Below the pieces are notes generated by a model. That model was not told where the DNA came from. It made no database searches and worked only from the letters and a program-made list of their open reading frames with translations. Positions 1 to 10,449 of a stretch of DNA of 59,759 bases are shown in pieces. The stretch comes from Stenotrophomonas sp. (GTDB taxonomy: Bacteria > Pseudomonadota > Gammaproteobacteria > Xanthomonadales > Xanthomonadaceae): contig DOKO01000057.1 in the NCBI GenBank assembly GCA_003510825.1, positions 1 to 59,759 on the forward strand, in the 5' to 3' direction. A program made the translations under genes and the position numbers. Position 1 is the first letter of the stretch. Every line of letters begins with the position of its first letter.

Positions 1-78
1 GTCCAGCATGCGCTGGAACGCAATCTGCTCGCGCGGCAACAGTTCAAGGGTGCCGGGCGGGGTACGGGGCTTGATCAC
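1..78 (-). CDS. hisS: Histidine--tRNA ligase, N-terminal part (runs off window)
   Basis: GTG start at 78 translates [26 protein letters not shown], the typical xanthomonad HisS N-terminus. Confidence 0.85.
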   Translation of the reverse strand, partial: MIKPRTPPGTLELLPREQIAFQRMLD

Positions 79-199
79 GGGCGGAACTCCTGCAGGAACG
101 GGAACGTGGGAGGGGGCGACATTCTACCGCCCCGCATGGCTCAGCCGCCGATCAGGGGCCATAAGGCCGCATGAAGTATCATAAAGCCCTCCCCCGCCC

Positions 200-970
200 G
201 TGATACGCCTCCGCACCATGTCCCGGCCTTCCGGCGCTCCGTCCGCCGCCCACGACGCCGTCGCGCCGTCCTGCACCACGCTGGACTGCCTGCACTGCTC
301 GGTCCGCCACCTTGCGGTCTGCTCGGCGCTGTCGCCCGATGAAGTGCATGCGCTGGAACAGGTGACCGTGTCGCAGCAGGTGGGCCTGGGCAGCACCCTG
401 GCCCGCACCGGCGAAGAACGCCAGCATGTCTATACATTGACCGCAGGCGCACTGCGCCTGGTGCGCACGCTGGCCGATGGCCGCCGCCAGATCAATGGGT
501 TCGTGCTGCCCGGCGATTACCTGGGCCTGAGTGGCAGTGACCACCATCGCCACGATATCGAAGCCATCGCCGACAGCCGCGTCTGCCGCGTGGCCCTGCC
601 GCAGATGAAGGCGCTGCGTGGCCGCTTCCCGCACCTGGAGCGCAAGCTGCTGCAGCGTGCCTGCCAGGAGCTGGATGCCGCCCAGGACGCCGCGCTGGCG
701 CTGGCCCGCCTGCAACCGGCTGAAAAGCTGGCTGACTTCCTGCTGCGCCTGGCCGCGCGCGAGGCCAGGCTGGGCGGCGATGGCCTGCGCGTGTCGCTGC
801 CGATGGGCCGCGGCGATATCGCCGACCATCTCGGCCTGACCATGGAAACGGTCAGCCGCACCTTCACCAAGCTGCGCCAGCAGGGCCTGATCGCCCTGCC
901 CCATCTGAACGTGGTGGAGATCCTCGACGAGGATGGGCTGCGCGAGCTGGCGGGCGAAGGGCTGGCCTGA
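200..970 (+). CDS. Crp/Fnr family transcriptional regulator (Fnr-like, Cys cluster)
   Basis: N-terminal Cys cluster (C..DCLHC..C), cNMP-type domain, C-terminal HTH IADHLGLTMETVSRTFTKL; start may be ATG 218. Confidence 0.9.
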   Translation: MIRLRTMSRPSGAPSAAHDAVAPSCTTLDCLHCSVRHLAVCSALSPDEVHALEQVTVSQQVGLGSTLARTGEERQHVYTLTAGALRLVRTLADGRRQINGFVLPGDYLGLSGSDHHRHDIEAIADSRVCRVALPQMKALRGRFPHLERKLLQRACQELDAAQDAALALARLQPAEKLADFLLRLAAREARLGGDGLRVSLPMGRGDIADHLGLTMETVSRTFTKLRQQGLIALPHLNVVEILDEDGLRELAGEGLA

Positions 971-991
971 GCGTCGCGCAGTTCACGGTGT

Positions 992-1039
992 TGCCGGCCA
1001 GCGGCCGGCACTACCCGCCGGGCATGGCCCGGCGCTACC
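992..1039 (-). repeat. Two tandem GTAG-type REP (SMAG) palindromes
   Basis: Minus strand GGTAGCGCCGGGCCATGCCCGGCG followed by GTAGTGCCGGCCGCTGGCCGGCA. Confidence 0.85.
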
Positions 1040-2327
1040 GATGCAACAACACCTCGCGCAGTGCCGCGTAGTCAGCGGCGAGCGGCTCGGCATGCGCCGG
1101 CCGCTGCAGCAGCGCGTCCAGTGCCGGCGGCACCTGCACGCTTTCACCGATCAACGGCTCCACGACCGCCTCGAACTTGGCCGGATGCGCCGTCGACACC
1201 ACCGCCCAGTCACCCTTGGCGCCGCGCGCACGCAGGTCCTGCAGCACTTTCACCGCAGTGGCGGTGTGCGGGCAGAACAGCTCGCCGCTGCTGGCATGCG
1301 CACTGGCGATGGTTGCGCGGATGGTCACGTCATCCACCGCGAACGCGCGGAAGGCGGCACGCAGTTCGCCATCGTCCTCGGCATACAGCCAGCGCAGGCG
1401 CTCGAAGTTGCTCGGCGCGCCCACATCCATCGCGTTGGCCACGGTGGCCACGCTGGCCTGCGGCTGGTAGTCGCCGCCATTGAAGTAGGCCGGCAGCACC
1501 GCATTGGCATTGGTGGCCAGCACGAGCTGGCCGATCGGCACGCCCAGTGCACGCGCCAGCACGGCCGCCATCGCGTTGCCCAGGTTGCCGGTCGGCACCA
1601 CCAGGTTCAGGCGTCGCCGCGTACGTGCGTGATGGGTCAGCGCCGCATGCGCGTAGTAGCTCATCTGCGGAAGCAGACGCCCCAGGCTGATGCTGTTGGC
1701 CGAACTCAGCGGCACCTGCGCCTGCAGATCAGTGTCGGCCAGCGCCTGCTTGACCATCGCCTGGCAGTCATCGAACGAGCCGGCCACGCGCAGCGCCTGG
1801 ATGTTGTCGCCGAAGCAGCCCAGCTGGTGTGCCTGGCGCGGCGAAACACGCCCATCGGGATACAGCACCACCACGCGCACGCCGGGCTGGCGATGGAAGG
1901 CCGCCGCTACTGCGGCACCGGTATCGCCCGAAGTGGCCACGACAATCGTCAGGTCACGGCCCTTGCCCGCCTGCAGGCGCGACAGCGTGCCGGCAAGGAA
2001 GCGCGCGCCGATGTCCTTGAACGCGGCGGTCGGGCCATGGAACAGCTCCAGCACATGGTCGCCGTCGCGGCCCAGCGGACGCAGCGGCACCGGGAAATCG
2101 AACGCCTCGCGGCAGATCTCCGGCAGTGCGTCCTGCAGCGGATCACCCTCGAAGAACGGCGCCAGCAGATCGGCGGCGGTCCCGGCGAGGGTGGCACCGG
2201 CCTGCAGTTCGCGCGGCGCGGGCAGTACGTCGGGCACATACAGGCCGCCATCCGGGGCCAGGCCGGCGGCGATGGCGGCACTCAGGCCAACGGCGGGCGC
2301 ATGGCCTCGGGTCGAAACGAATTGCAT
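1035..2327 (-). CDS. thrC: Threonine synthase
   Basis: MQFVSTRG start, GLAPDGGLYVP, ELFHGPTAAFKD (PLP lysine), ATSGDTG, SANSIS, VPTGNLGN, TAHPAKF. Confidence 0.97.
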   Translation of the reverse strand: MQFVSTRGHAPAVGLSAAIAAGLAPDGGLYVPDVLPAPRELQAGATLAGTAADLLAPFFEGDPLQDALPEICREAFDFPVPLRPLGRDGDHVLELFHGPTAAFKDIGARFLAGTLSRLQAGKGRDLTIVVATSGDTGAAVAAAFHRQPGVRVVVLYPDGRVSPRQAHQLGCFGDNIQALRVAGSFDDCQAMVKQALADTDLQAQVPLSSANSISLGRLLPQMSYYAHAALTHHARTRRRLNLVVPTGNLGNAMAAVLARALGVPIGQLVLATNANAVLPAYFNGGDYQPQASVATVANAMDVGAPSNFERLRWLYAEDDGELRAAFRAFAVDDVTIRATIASAHASSGELFCPHTATAVKVLQDLRARGAKGDWAVVSTAHPAKFEAVVEPLIGESVQVPPALDALLQRPAHAEPLAADYAALREVLLHR

Positions 2328-2356
2328 GAGCTCGGTATCCAGCAAGGGGGAAGGAT

Positions 2357-3271
2357 TCAGCACAGTCGCGCTCCAGCGGCATCCAGCGGCGAGACCCAGG
2401 CTTCGCTGTCGAAGCCCGCGGCGGCGAACGCCGCGCGCACGGGACCCGCAGCGGCAAGGGCCTGGTCGGCATCTTCAAACCAGGCAAACACACTCGGGCC
2501 GGCACCGGAAATGCCCGCGCCCATCGCGTTGGCCGCCAACGCCGCATCACGTGCAGCGTCGAAGCCGGCGATCAGCGCGGCGCGGCGCGGCTCCACCAGC
2601 ACGTCGCGCAGGCCGGCACGCACCAGGCCCGCATCGCTGCGATGGCAACCACTGAGCACCAGCGCAAGGTTGGCACTCTGCGCGACGAATTCGCCCAGCG
2701 CATAGCTGCCCTGCAGTGCCGCGCGCGCGCGCCGGGTCTCCAGCACCGCGTGCGGATGCACCAGCAGGCTGTGCCAGCTGGCCGGCACCGGGATCGGCAC
2801 CAGGCGATCGGCCGTGCACAGCGCCAGTCCGCCCAGCAGCAGCGGCCCGACGTTGTCGCCATGGCGTCCGCCGCTGGCCACTGCCTCGCCATCCAGCGCA
2901 TGCGGATACAGCGCTTCGCGCGGCAGCGGCGCATCAAGCAGCGCGTTGGCGGCCACCAGCGCAGCCACGCAGGAGGCGGCCGAACCGCCCATGCCCGAGC
3001 CGAACGGAATGCCCTTGTCGATCTCGACCGCGAAGCCATAAGAAAGACCCAGACCCTCGCGCAGCGAGATCAGCGCTGCCCCGGCCGTGTTGCCTGGCGC
3101 GTCCAGCGGCAGCTCGACGGCACTGCCACGGATGGCGTCGATGCGCACGGTCGGCTCGTCGATGCGGCGCACCGTCACGGTATCGCCGATGCCGGCAATG
3201 GCATGGCCGAGAATGTCGAAGCCCACCGCCACGTTGGCCACGGATGCGGGCGCGAATGCGCGTGCAATCAC
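2357..3271 (-). CDS. thrB: Homoserine kinase
   Basis: [20 protein letters not shown] motif [24 protein letters not shown]. Confidence 0.96.
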   Translation of the reverse strand: MIARAFAPASVANVAVGFDILGHAIAGIGDTVTVRRIDEPTVRIDAIRGSAVELPLDAPGNTAGAALISLREGLGLSYGFAVEIDKGIPFGSGMGGSAASCVAALVAANALLDAPLPREALYPHALDGEAVASGGRHGDNVGPLLLGGLALCTADRLVPIPVPASWHSLLVHPHAVLETRRARAALQGSYALGEFVAQSANLALVLSGCHRSDAGLVRAGLRDVLVEPRRAALIAGFDAARDAALAANAMGAGISGAGPSVFAWFEDADQALAAAGPVRAAFAAAGFDSEAWVSPLDAAGARLC

Positions 3272-5772
3272 AGCCGCGCTCCTTCGCCGGCGGCCACGCG
3301 CAGCAGGTCGGCGAACACGCCGGCAGCGGTGACTTCCGGCCCGGCACCCGGGCCCTGCACCACCAGCGGGTTGTCGCAGTAACGACGGGTGCGGAACTGC
3401 ACCACGTTGTCGGTCAGGCGCAGATTGGCGAAGGTGTGGTCGGCCGGCAGTTCCTGCAGGCCCACCGATGCACCCTCCGCATCGAGCCGGGCCACATAGC
3501 GCAGCACCGCGCCGCGCGCCCGGGCCTCTTCGAGGCGCTGCAGCAGGCTGGCATCGGATTCACCCAGGCGGGCCATGAAGTCGTCCACGTTGCCATCGCG
3601 CAGCAGCGCCGGCACCAGGCTTTCCACCTGCACCTGTTCCAGGCTGAGCGCGTGGCCAGCCTCTCGGGCGAGGATCACCAGCTTGCGCGCCACGTCCACG
3701 CCGGACAGGTCATCGCGTGGGTCCGGCTCGGTGTAGCCCATCGAACGGGCCTGCGCCACCAGCTCGGAGAACGGCTGGCTGCCATCGAAACGGTTGAACA
3801 GCCAGGCCAGCGTGCCGGAGAAGATGCCCTCCACCGCCAGCACTTCGTCACCGGTATCGACCAGGTCGCGCAGTGTGGTGATCACCGGCAGGCCGGCACC
3901 CACCGTGGCTTCGTAACGGAAGCGCGCGCCACTGGCGGCGGCAGCGGCATGGATGCGCTGGTAGCGCGACAGCGGACCCGAACCCGCCTGTTTGTTCGGG
4001 GTGACCACATGGATGCCGGCGGCCAGCCAGCCCTCGTAGCGCTCGGCCACTTCGGCGCTGCCACTGCAGTCGATCACCACCGCGTGCGGCAGATGTGCGG
4101 CCAGCAGGTGCTCGGTGAAGGCGTCCAGGTTGCTGGCCTGGCCATCATCGTGCAGCGCCTGCCGCCAGTCGGCGTGCAGGACATCGGCTTCCAGGCGCAT
4201 GCGCGAACGCGAGGCCAGCGCACGCAGGCGCAGGTCGACGTTGGCCTTGGCCAGCAGCTGCGGGCGCGCGGCCAGCAGCTGGTCCAGCAGCGCCGCGCCG
4301 ACATTGCCCGGCCCGATCACGCCCACCGCGAAGGTCTGCGGCGAGAGCCAGAAGCCGGCGTGCGCGGCACGCAGGGCGCGCGTTGCGTCGGCGCTGGCCA
4401 CGGCCACGGAGATGTTGCGCTCGGACGAGCCCTGCGCGATCGCCAGGATGTTCACCTGTGCACGGCCCAGCGCCTCGAACAGGCGTGCGGCCACGCCGGG
4501 CTGGCCGGCCATGCCGTCACCCACGGCAGCCAGCACACTGACGCCCTCGCCAACCTGCACGCGCTGCACCTGGCCCACCGCCAGTTCGTGGGCGAATGCA
4601 TGCAGCAGGGCCTCACGTCCACGCGCGGCCTCGCCGGCCTTCACCACGCAGCAGATCGAGTGTTCGGAAGACCCCTGCGAGATCATCACCACCGACACCT
4701 GCGCCTGGCGCAATGCGGAAAACACCCGCTCGGCGGTGCCCGGCACGCCCATCAGGCCGGTGCCTTCCAGGTTCAGCAGGGCCAGGTCGGGACTCAGGGT
4801 CAGGCCCTTCACCGGCCCGCGCGGCGAGCGTTCTGCGCTGATGCGCGTGCCCGGGTGCGCCGGATGGAAGGTGTTGCGGATGAAGATCGGCAGGCCCAGG
4901 CGGATGGCCGGCGACATGGTCTGCGGATGCACGACCTTGGCGCCGAAATACGCCAGCTCACAGGCTTCGTCGTAGCTGAGCGCCTCCAGCTGCACGGCCT
5001 CCGGAACCAGTCGCGGATCGGCCGACAGCACGCCGTCGACGTCGGTCCAGATGTGCAGCTGATCGGCGTTGAACAGCGCAGCGAAGATCGCGCCGGAGTA
5101 GTCGCTGCCGTTGCGACCCAGCGTGGTGATGCGGTCCTCGCGATCGCGGGCGACGAAACCGGTGGCGACCACGCGCGACTGCGGGTGCTGCAGCCGCCAT
5201 TTCGCCAGGCGGTCGGCGCTGGCCTCCCAGTCCACGTCCACGCCCAGTTCGCCGTGGCCGACGACCAGGACATCACGCGCGTCCAGCACCGCGCACTCCT
5301 CGCCGAGCGCCTGCAGGTGCATGCCCAGCAGCTGGGCGGAGAACACTTCGCCCAGCCCCTGCACACGGTCCAGCACCTCGCGCGGCAGCTCACCGATCAC
5401 CGCCAGTGCGCCGAGCACTTCGGCCAGGTGGTCGAAGCGCACGTCGATCCACTCCACGGTCTCACCCACCTGCTCGCCGAGCAGGGCCACGGCCGCGCCG
5501 CGATGGCGTGCACGCAGCGCATGCCAGGCCTCGCGCCAGCCTGCATCGCCGCGCGCCGCCAGCTGAGCCAGCTCGATCAGCGCATCGGTGACGCCCTTCA
5601 TTGCCGACACGACGGTGACCTGCAGCGGCTCGGGCCGGGCCAGCAGCAGGCCGGCCACATGACGGTAGCGTTCGGCGTTGGCCACCGAGGTGCCGCCGAA
5701 CTTGTGCACGACGGTGGACGGCGCGGCCAGGTCGGCCGGTGCAGCGGGATGGGCGGGGGCGTGGGAAGACAT
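3268..5772 (-). CDS. thrA: Bifunctional aspartokinase/homoserine dehydrogenase I
   Basis: [20 protein letters not shown] domains, [29 protein letters not shown]. Confidence 0.97.
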   Translation of the reverse strand: MSSHAPAHPAAPADLAAPSTVVHKFGGTSVANAERYRHVAGLLLARPEPLQVTVVSAMKGVTDALIELAQLAARGDAGWREAWHALRARHRGAAVALLGEQVGETVEWIDVRFDHLAEVLGALAVIGELPREVLDRVQGLGEVFSAQLLGMHLQALGEECAVLDARDVLVVGHGELGVDVDWEASADRLAKWRLQHPQSRVVATGFVARDREDRITTLGRNGSDYSGAIFAALFNADQLHIWTDVDGVLSADPRLVPEAVQLEALSYDEACELAYFGAKVVHPQTMSPAIRLGLPIFIRNTFHPAHPGTRISAERSPRGPVKGLTLSPDLALLNLEGTGLMGVPGTAERVFSALRQAQVSVVMISQGSSEHSICCVVKAGEAARGREALLHAFAHELAVGQVQRVQVGEGVSVLAAVGDGMAGQPGVAARLFEALGRAQVNILAIAQGSSERNISVAVASADATRALRAAHAGFWLSPQTFAVGVIGPGNVGAALLDQLLAARPQLLAKANVDLRLRALASRSRMRLEADVLHADWRQALHDDGQASNLDAFTEHLLAAHLPHAVVIDCSGSAEVAERYEGWLAAGIHVVTPNKQAGSGPLSRYQRIHAAAAASGARFRYEATVGAGLPVITTLRDLVDTGDEVLAVEGIFSGTLAWLFNRFDGSQPFSELVAQARSMGYTEPDPRDDLSGVDVARKLVILAREAGHALSLEQVQVESLVPALLRDGNVDDFMARLGESDASLLQRLEEARARGAVLRYVARLDAEGASVGLQELPADHTFANLRLTDNVVQFRTRRYCDNPLVVQGPGAGPEVTAAGVFADLLRVAAGEGARL

Positions 5773-5775
5773 GCA

Positions 5776-5885
5776 GACCTCGGTAGGAGGCCCCGTCACA
5801 TGCAGGTGGTGGGTTTCCCCGTCACCTGGATGGTGCGGGGCCGTTGTTTTCGGGAGTTACACGAAGACGACGGGCCGCACCAGGG
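5776..5885 (-). promoter_or_regulatory. thr attenuator with alternative hairpins
   Basis: Mutually exclusive pairings between the leader 3' end, GGCCCCGCAC/GTGACGGGGCC and GGCCTC/GAGGTC over the thrA SD. Confidence 0.55.
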
Positions 5886-5991
5886 CAGTGGTGGCGGTGG
5901 TGGTAATAATGGTGGTGATGCCAACCGGCGCAGTCGACCCGCCCGCAGTAGCGGGAGCGATCAGGCTGGCGAGGGCGGCATCGAAGACCAT
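5857..5991 (-). CDS. thrL: thr operon leader peptide (44 aa)
   Basis: MVFDAALASLIAPATAGGSTAPVGITTIITTTATTALVRPVVFV*; run of Thr/Ile codons directly upstream of thrA. Confidence 0.85.
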   Translation of the reverse strand: MVFDAALASLIAPATAGGSTAPVGITTIITTTATTALVRPVVFV

Positions 5992-6129
5992 GGCGCACAG
6001 AAAACACCGTGCGCCGGGGGCCTGTCAAGTGCTGCGATGCAAAAATCGTTTGTTTCGATCATCGCCCAACGTGCAGCCATTTGGTTGCAATTGAGACAAA
6101 GCGGACATCAGAGCGCTTGAGGCCGGCAA

Positions 6130-7080
6130 TCAGCCGGCATGTTCGGCGATCGCACGTGGAGCGCGGTGCGCGTGGGCACACAGCAGCACGCCTGCCACCA
6201 GGAACACGATCGCCAGCGCTTCGAGCAGGGTCGGCCAACGCCATTGCCAAGCGAAGGCATACAGCAGCGCGAACAGGGTTTCGAACACGATCATCTGCCC
6301 GGTCAGGGTCAGCGGCAGCAGGCGGCTGGCACGGTTCCAGAACGCGTTGCCGATGATCGAGGCGATGACCGCGACGCCGGCGCTGATCACCCAGAACAGG
6401 CTCCACTGCGCCGGCGTATGACCGGCGGTCTGGCCGATGAAGGCCATCGGCACCAGCAGCAGCGACAGGCCGCCGGTGGTGACGCCGGTCAGCAGCGACC
6501 AGTCATGGCTGGACAGATCTGCGCGCCGGGCCAGCCAGCGGCTGTTGCCCACCGAGTACAGCGCCCACGAGAACAGCGCACCGAAGGCGCAGACCAGGCC
6601 GATCAGGCGCTGCCGCCACGGCGTGCCCAGATGCTCGGACATCAGCGATTCCCAACCGACCAGGGCCACGCCCAGCACGCACAGGCCCAGCGCGGGCAGC
6701 AGCTGCTTCAGCGGCACCGCCCCCTTCTCGCGCACGCCCACCAGGGTCACCACCACCGGAATCAGGCCGACGATGAGCGAGGCCGCCGCACCACCGGCCC
6801 ACTGCACGGCCGTGGCCAGCAGCAGGAAGTACACCAGGTTGCCGGCCAGGCTGAGCCACAGCAGGCCCATCCATTCGGCACGCCCCAGCTGCGGTGCCAG
6901 GCGCTTCCAGCGCGGCAGCAGCAGGATCACCGCGATCAGGCCATAGACCAGGTAGCGGCCGGCGGACAGCTGCAGCGCATTGAAGGAATGCAGCACGGCG
7001 GGCGCGAGGAAGACCACGCCCCACAGCGCGCCAGCGGCAACGCCATTGGCGATGCCCAGGGCCATCGGGTTGTTGCGCAT
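6130..7080 (-). CDS. DMT/EamA family transporter
   Basis: About 10 hydrophobic helices in two EamA-like halves. Confidence 0.85.
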   Translation of the reverse strand: MRNNPMALGIANGVAAGALWGVVFLAPAVLHSFNALQLSAGRYLVYGLIAVILLLPRWKRLAPQLGRAEWMGLLWLSLAGNLVYFLLLATAVQWAGGAAASLIVGLIPVVVTLVGVREKGAVPLKQLLPALGLCVLGVALVGWESLMSEHLGTPWRQRLIGLVCAFGALFSWALYSVGNSRWLARRADLSSHDWSLLTGVTTGGLSLLLVPMAFIGQTAGHTPAQWSLFWVISAGVAVIASIIGNAFWNRASRLLPLTLTGQMIVFETLFALLYAFAWQWRWPTLLEALAIVFLVAGVLLCAHAHRAPRAIAEHAG

Positions 7081-7169
7081 ATCAGGTTCTTCGGGGGGAG
7101 AGAACAGGCCGCGCAGTGTAGGCGGCGATGGGCGCGGCGTCTTGACCGAGGCTACTGCCCAATCTCTTC

Positions 7170-7221
7170 GTAGAGTCGAGCCATGCTCGACTGAACGCAG
7201 TCGAGCATGGCTCGACTCTAC
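7170..7221. repeat. Inverted REP (SMAG) dimer forming a perfect hairpin
   Basis: GTAGAGTCGAGCCATGCTCGACTG-AACG-CAGTCGAGCATGGCTCGACTCTAC. Confidence 0.9.
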
Positions 7222-7919
7222 AAAGGTGCGTCACCCCTCCGCCAGGCGCTCGGGGTCAGGCCCGTCTCGCGGCGCAGCGCACGGGTCAGCGCGCTCTGCT
7301 CGGAATAACCCGCCGCCAGCGCGATATCGCTGATCGGTGCGGCGCTGGTCAGCAGCGCATGCTTGGCCCAGCGCAGCCGGCTGGCGCTGAGCCACGCCTG
7401 CGGACTGACCCCGAATTCGCGCTGGAACAAGGCATGCAGCCGGCTTTCGCTGACACCCACATGGGCCGCCATGCGCGCCACCGGCCACGCCTGCCCGGGC
7501 CCGGCCTGCACGGCCGCACACAGGGCCTGCAGCCGCGCACCACTGCCCGCAGGGGCAAACGCCCGCAGCAGGTCGGGCAGCAGCTCCGGCATGCAACCGC
7601 CGACCCGCACCTGGGCCAGGCGCTGGCGCAGTGAAAGCGGGAGGTGCAGCCAGCGCTGGCGACTGAGGTGTTCCTGGGTCAGGTCATCGAGCACGCCCGG
7701 TCCGCAATCGACGATTACGAAACCGTTCGGCCCATGTGCCACCTGGTCATGCGCCTCACCGGCGGCAACGAAGGCTCCCTGCAACAGGTCCAGGCGCCCG
7801 CCGCGCCCTTCCAGCTCGAACTGCAGCTCGCCCTGCAGCGGCAGCACCCACTGTGCGTAGTCGTGGCGGTCCAGGCCCGTTGACTGGCCGTAGTGCCGCA
7901 GGTGGAAGATGGCGCCCAT
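7218..7919 (-). CDS. AraC family transcriptional regulator
   Basis: Cupin-like N-terminus (HDYAQWVLP) and AraC double HTH (ISDIALAAGYSEQSALTRALRRETGLTPSAWR). Confidence 0.92.
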   Translation of the reverse strand: MGAIFHLRHYGQSTGLDRHDYAQWVLPLQGELQFELEGRGGRLDLLQGAFVAAGEAHDQVAHGPNGFVIVDCGPGVLDDLTQEHLSRQRWLHLPLSLRQRLAQVRVGGCMPELLPDLLRAFAPAGSGARLQALCAAVQAGPGQAWPVARMAAHVGVSESRLHALFQREFGVSPQAWLSASRLRWAKHALLTSAAPISDIALAAGYSEQSALTRALRRETGLTPSAWRRGDAPL

Positions 7920-8020
7920 CGCAGCAGTGTGCGCGTGCGCGGTCCGGCCTGCAATGCAGGTCATCAAGGCGGACAGGACTGCATGCTATGTTCGGCCGAT
8001 GTTCACCCCGCAGGGATTGC

Positions 8021-8809
8021 ATGATGGATATCCGACCGTTACTGCTCGCCCTGGCCCTCGCCAGCCCCGTCGTGACGCCCCTGCACGCACAGGAAGTGCG
8101 TACGCCGCCGGCACCGGACTGCCTCGACGCGCGCGATGTGCAGCAGGTGGAGCAGGACACGCCCGGCGCCATCGCCGTCGCCGATGGCCAGGGCCGTGCC
8201 TTCCGCCTTGATTTCGCCGCCGCCTGCCCTGGCGTCAACGAGGCCGACACCCTCAGGCTGGAGGCCCCGCAGGGCTGGGCCTGCGGCCAGCCTGGCGAAC
8301 GGGTGGTGGTTGACGGTCGAAGCTGCGCGGTCAGCGCGGTCACGCCGATCGACGGCCGCAGTTTCGCCACCATCGCCCGCGAAAGCAGCCGCCAGTACGC
8401 CGCCACCCTGCCCGGCGTGACCGTGAGCGCGAAGGGCCGGGGAGGCCGCAGCGGCGACACCCCGCATACCTTCCAGACCTCGTCCGCCGTGTGCTTCGCC
8501 ACCCGCAACATTCGCGGCTGGAGCGAGAGCCCGGAAGGCGTGGTGGTGGAAACCAACCCGCGCCGCAATGGTGGCCATCGCTATTACCACGTGGAGCTGG
8601 CCAGCAGCTGTTCGATCCTGGCCGGCGCCACCGATGTGGACTTCCAGTCCGGCTTCCAGAACGGCCTGATCTGCGGCAACCCCCGCGACCGCATCGTGCT
8701 GATGCCCTCGGGCATCGAGGGGGACGGCCGCACCTACACCCCCAGCTTCGCCCGCCCAGGCTGCGACATCCTCGCGGTCTATCCGAAGGACGACAATCGC
8801 GCGCCCTAG
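8021..8809 (+). CDS. Exported protein with two Cys-containing repeats (DUF6491-like)
   Basis: Signal peptide MMDIRPLLLALALA..LHA; two similar domains with conserved Cys spacing. Confidence 0.65.
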   Translation: MMDIRPLLLALALASPVVTPLHAQEVRTPPAPDCLDARDVQQVEQDTPGAIAVADGQGRAFRLDFAAACPGVNEADTLRLEAPQGWACGQPGERVVVDGRSCAVSAVTPIDGRSFATIARESSRQYAATLPGVTVSAKGRGGRSGDTPHTFQTSSAVCFATRNIRGWSESPEGVVVETNPRRNGGHRYYHVELASSCSILAGATDVDFQSGFQNGLICGNPRDRIVLMPSGIEGDGRTYTPSFARPGCDILAVYPKDDNRAP

Positions 8810-9858
8810 CCGTCGGTACCGAGGAACGCGAACGGCTTGCTCGGCACGAACTGCGACAGCGCATCACCGGAGAAGGTGTTGCGCTGGTCCCGGCCCAGGT
8901 CGAGCTTGAGCACCTGCCCGCCGAAATCGACCTTGTTCAGATCGACCCAGAACGTATTGGGCGTCAGTGCCGATTCGAAGAAGTACAGCCGACGCTTGTG
9001 GTCGGCCACCGTGCGCCAGCGCGTGGACGAGATGTTCGGTTCGCCCGGCGTGGTGATGCCAAACGGCACCGATACGTTGCGGATGACGCTGAACACACTG
9101 GCCAGCGCCTCCACCGGATCTTCGGCCTTGGGAATGGCATTGATGTAGAACGAGGCACGCGCGAAGCGATCAGCCGAGCGGTTGGTGCCCGGCAGCATCA
9201 CCGTGCCACCGATGCTCTTCCAGTACGCATTGAGCGCCAGCTGCTGATCGAAGATCGGCGAGTTGGTCATCACCTGGTAGCGGCGGTCGTGATGGATGAC
9301 CTGGCGCCCGCCGATGTATTCGATGATGGCGCTGTCGCCGGTGGCGTCGGACAGTGACAGATGCAGGGTCGCCTGGCGGTCCTCACCGGGCACCTTGTCG
9401 GTGACGATGGCGAACGGCTCGCGCTCCAGTGCAGCCACGGCCTCGGCCACGCTGCCGAAATTGTCCAGCACGTACTGCGCCCACAGTGAGATGGCCAGCC
9501 CCGGCTTGTTGCCACGCTGCTGCGGGTACTCCGATTCGACCAGCCACAGCAGGTTGGCCACCAGGCCCTTCTCGTTCATGCCGTCGGTGGTGGACACGTC
9601 GTAGCCGGTGGCCACCACGCTGCCGTAGCGCGCGGTCCACTTCGCCGACTTTGGCCCAGCCTGGCCGGTACGCTCGATGCCGCGCGGCAGGACATACAGG
9701 TTGGTGGCAACGTCCACCTTCCAGTCCATCGACCGGGCGGTGATCACATCGCCGTTGTCACCGAGATAGACCGCGCGCGTGCAGGCCCATGCCGGTGCGA
9801 CCGCCGCTGCCAGCGCCATGGCCAGCGCCGCCCTGCCCTGCCACTTCATCCGCTTCAT
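8806..9858 (-). CDS. Linear amide C-N hydrolase (choloylglycine hydrolase/penicillin V acylase family)
   Basis: Signal peptide followed by nucleophilic Cys (AWA-CT), ARSMDW, DGMNEKGL, VMTNSP, LPG..SADRFARA. Confidence 0.92.
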   Translation of the reverse strand: MKRMKWQGRAALAMALAAAVAPAWACTRAVYLGDNGDVITARSMDWKVDVATNLYVLPRGIERTGQAGPKSAKWTARYGSVVATGYDVSTTDGMNEKGLVANLLWLVESEYPQQRGNKPGLAISLWAQYVLDNFGSVAEAVAALEREPFAIVTDKVPGEDRQATLHLSLSDATGDSAIIEYIGGRQVIHHDRRYQVMTNSPIFDQQLALNAYWKSIGGTVMLPGTNRSADRFARASFYINAIPKAEDPVEALASVFSVIRNVSVPFGITTPGEPNISSTRWRTVADHKRRLYFFESALTPNTFWVDLNKVDFGGQVLKLDLGRDQRNTFSGDALSQFVPSKPFAFLGTDG

Positions 9859-9933
9859 GCCGTGCTCCCTTCCCCAGGAAGCCCGATGGAAACCCGGCAA
9901 CGGTGACAGCGGGGTGAAGCCCCGCGCGCGGCG

Positions 9934-10362
9934 TCAGCCGGCGCTGAGCATCGGGCGCACGAGGGCGCTCAGAAGATCCACTGCGGTGGGTTCGGCATCA
10001 TCACCCTCCACCGTGCGCGAGAAACCGGACCAGTCACTGCTGGCCAGCTGGCGCAGCTTCAGCGCATCGACCGGCAATGCGCGCATCGACCAGTACGGAA
10101 ACTGGCGCTGGCCCAATCGCCCGCGCGCCAGTTCGACGATGTCCACATGGCTGCCCGCCTGCAGGATGCGCTCGTACACCGAATCGATGCCATCAGGCGG
10201 CCCTTCGATGAACTGCAGGAAACGCTGCCCATCGTGCAACAACACGCCCGTCACCCCGGCCATCCGGTTGAACCGGGTGGCATCGTTCACCAACGTCTGC
10301 AGGCGTTCGGCGGAAAGGTCCGGCCGGGCCTGGCTGACGTAGGCAATGGCGCGTAGTGGCAT
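9934..10362 (-). CDS. BLUF domain blue-light sensor
   Basis: YVS..N..GVTGVLL..FLQFIEG..YERI..H..RQFPYWSM BLUF motifs. Confidence 0.92.
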   Translation of the reverse strand: MPLRAIAYVSQARPDLSAERLQTLVNDATRFNRMAGVTGVLLHDGQRFLQFIEGPPDGIDSVYERILQAGSHVDIVELARGRLGQRQFPYWSMRALPVDALKLRQLASSDWSGFSRTVEGDDAEPTAVDLLSALVRPMLSAG

Positions 10363-10449
10363 GAATCTTCCTTGGCAACGTGAGCGGCCACGGTAGCAGC
10401 TACGGACGAGCCCGTCTCAGTTCGCCCTCGCGCTCCCTGAAGAATTCAG

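Noticed and set aside
2716-6120. 1134-aa plus-strand ORF (also 933-2705)
   Set aside because: Antisense shadow of thrABC in GC-rich DNA; no recognisable motifs
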